From Eledone cirrhosa (taxonomy: Eukaryota): a stretch of 64,000 bases of DNA. Within the stretch, counting starts at the first letter, position 1, and each line of letters begins with the position of its first letter. Positions 63,325 to 64,000 of the stretch are shown here, piece by piece. Both the position numbers and the translations under genes were made by a program. The notes below the pieces were generated by a model that did no database searches, was not told the origin of the DNA, and saw only the letters and a list, made by a program, of their open reading frames with translations. The stretch lies in assembly GCA_964016885.1 (NCBI GenBank), contig OZ024743.1, positions 262,756,001-262,820,000 on the forward strand, in the 5' to 3' direction.

Positions 63325-64000
63325 TTAATGATAATGATGATGATGATTGTAATAGTAGTGCTGTTGTGTATTATGATGATGTTGATGATGATTGTAATAG
63401 TGATGGTGTTGTGTATTCTAATGATGATGGTGATGATGATGATTGTAATAGTGATGGTGTTGTGTATTCTAATGAAGATGTTGATGATGATTGTAATAGT
63501 GATGGTGTTGTGTATTCTAATGATGATGGTGATGATGATGATGATTGTAATAGTGATGGTGATGATGATTGTAATAGTGATGGTGTTGTGTATTCTAATG
63601 ATGATGATGATGATGATTGTAATAGTGATGGTGATGATGATTGTAATAGTGATGGTGTTGTGTATTCTAATGATGATGGTGATGATGATGATGATTGTAA
63701 TAGTGATGGTGATGATGATTGTAATAGTGATGGTGTTGTGTATTCTAATGATGATGATGATGATGATTGTAATAGTGATGGTGATGATGATTGTAATAGT
63801 GATGGTGTTGTGTATTCTAATGATGATGGTGATGATGATGATGATTGTAATAGTGATGGTGATGATGATTGTAATAGTGATGGTGTTGTGTATTCTAATG
63901 ATGATGATGATGATGATTGTAATAGTGATGGTGATGATGATTGTAATAGTGATGGTGTTGTGTATTCTAATGATGATGGTGATGATGATGATGATTGTAA
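63325..64000. repeat. GAT-rich minisatellite (~42-bp GATTGTAATAGTGATGGTGTTGTGTATTCTAATGATGATGGT with shorter subunits)
   Basis: Direct inspection. Confidence 0.92.

Overview
Animal (metazoan) repeat-dominated DNA with no recognisable host protein-coding gene. The tRNA-derived SINEs, (TA)n/(CA)n tracts and LINE families look like those of an octopod cephalopod (inference). Elements: a deleted mariner, two CRE-clade relics, a near-complete Neptune-like Penelope element with ~1.1 kb direct repeats, an RT-deleted LTR retrotransposon, Tx1/L1, CR1-group and many RTE LINE fragments, a pogo transposon, piggyBac-type MITEs, SINEs and several satellites (49-50, 94/95, 30 and 42 bp units). Highlights read from the sequence: (1) about ten type-I hammerhead ribozyme motifs, several inside small fold-back elements in (TA)n tracts, including a pair with the compensatory U3-A8 core; (2) an LTR element whose PBS is complementary to the first 12 nt of tRNA-Phe rather than to a tRNA 3' end; (3) a 94/95-bp satellite whose unit derives from an RTE LINE C-terminal coding segment, with its degenerate seed still nearby. 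Coordinates were read by eye and may be off by a few bases.
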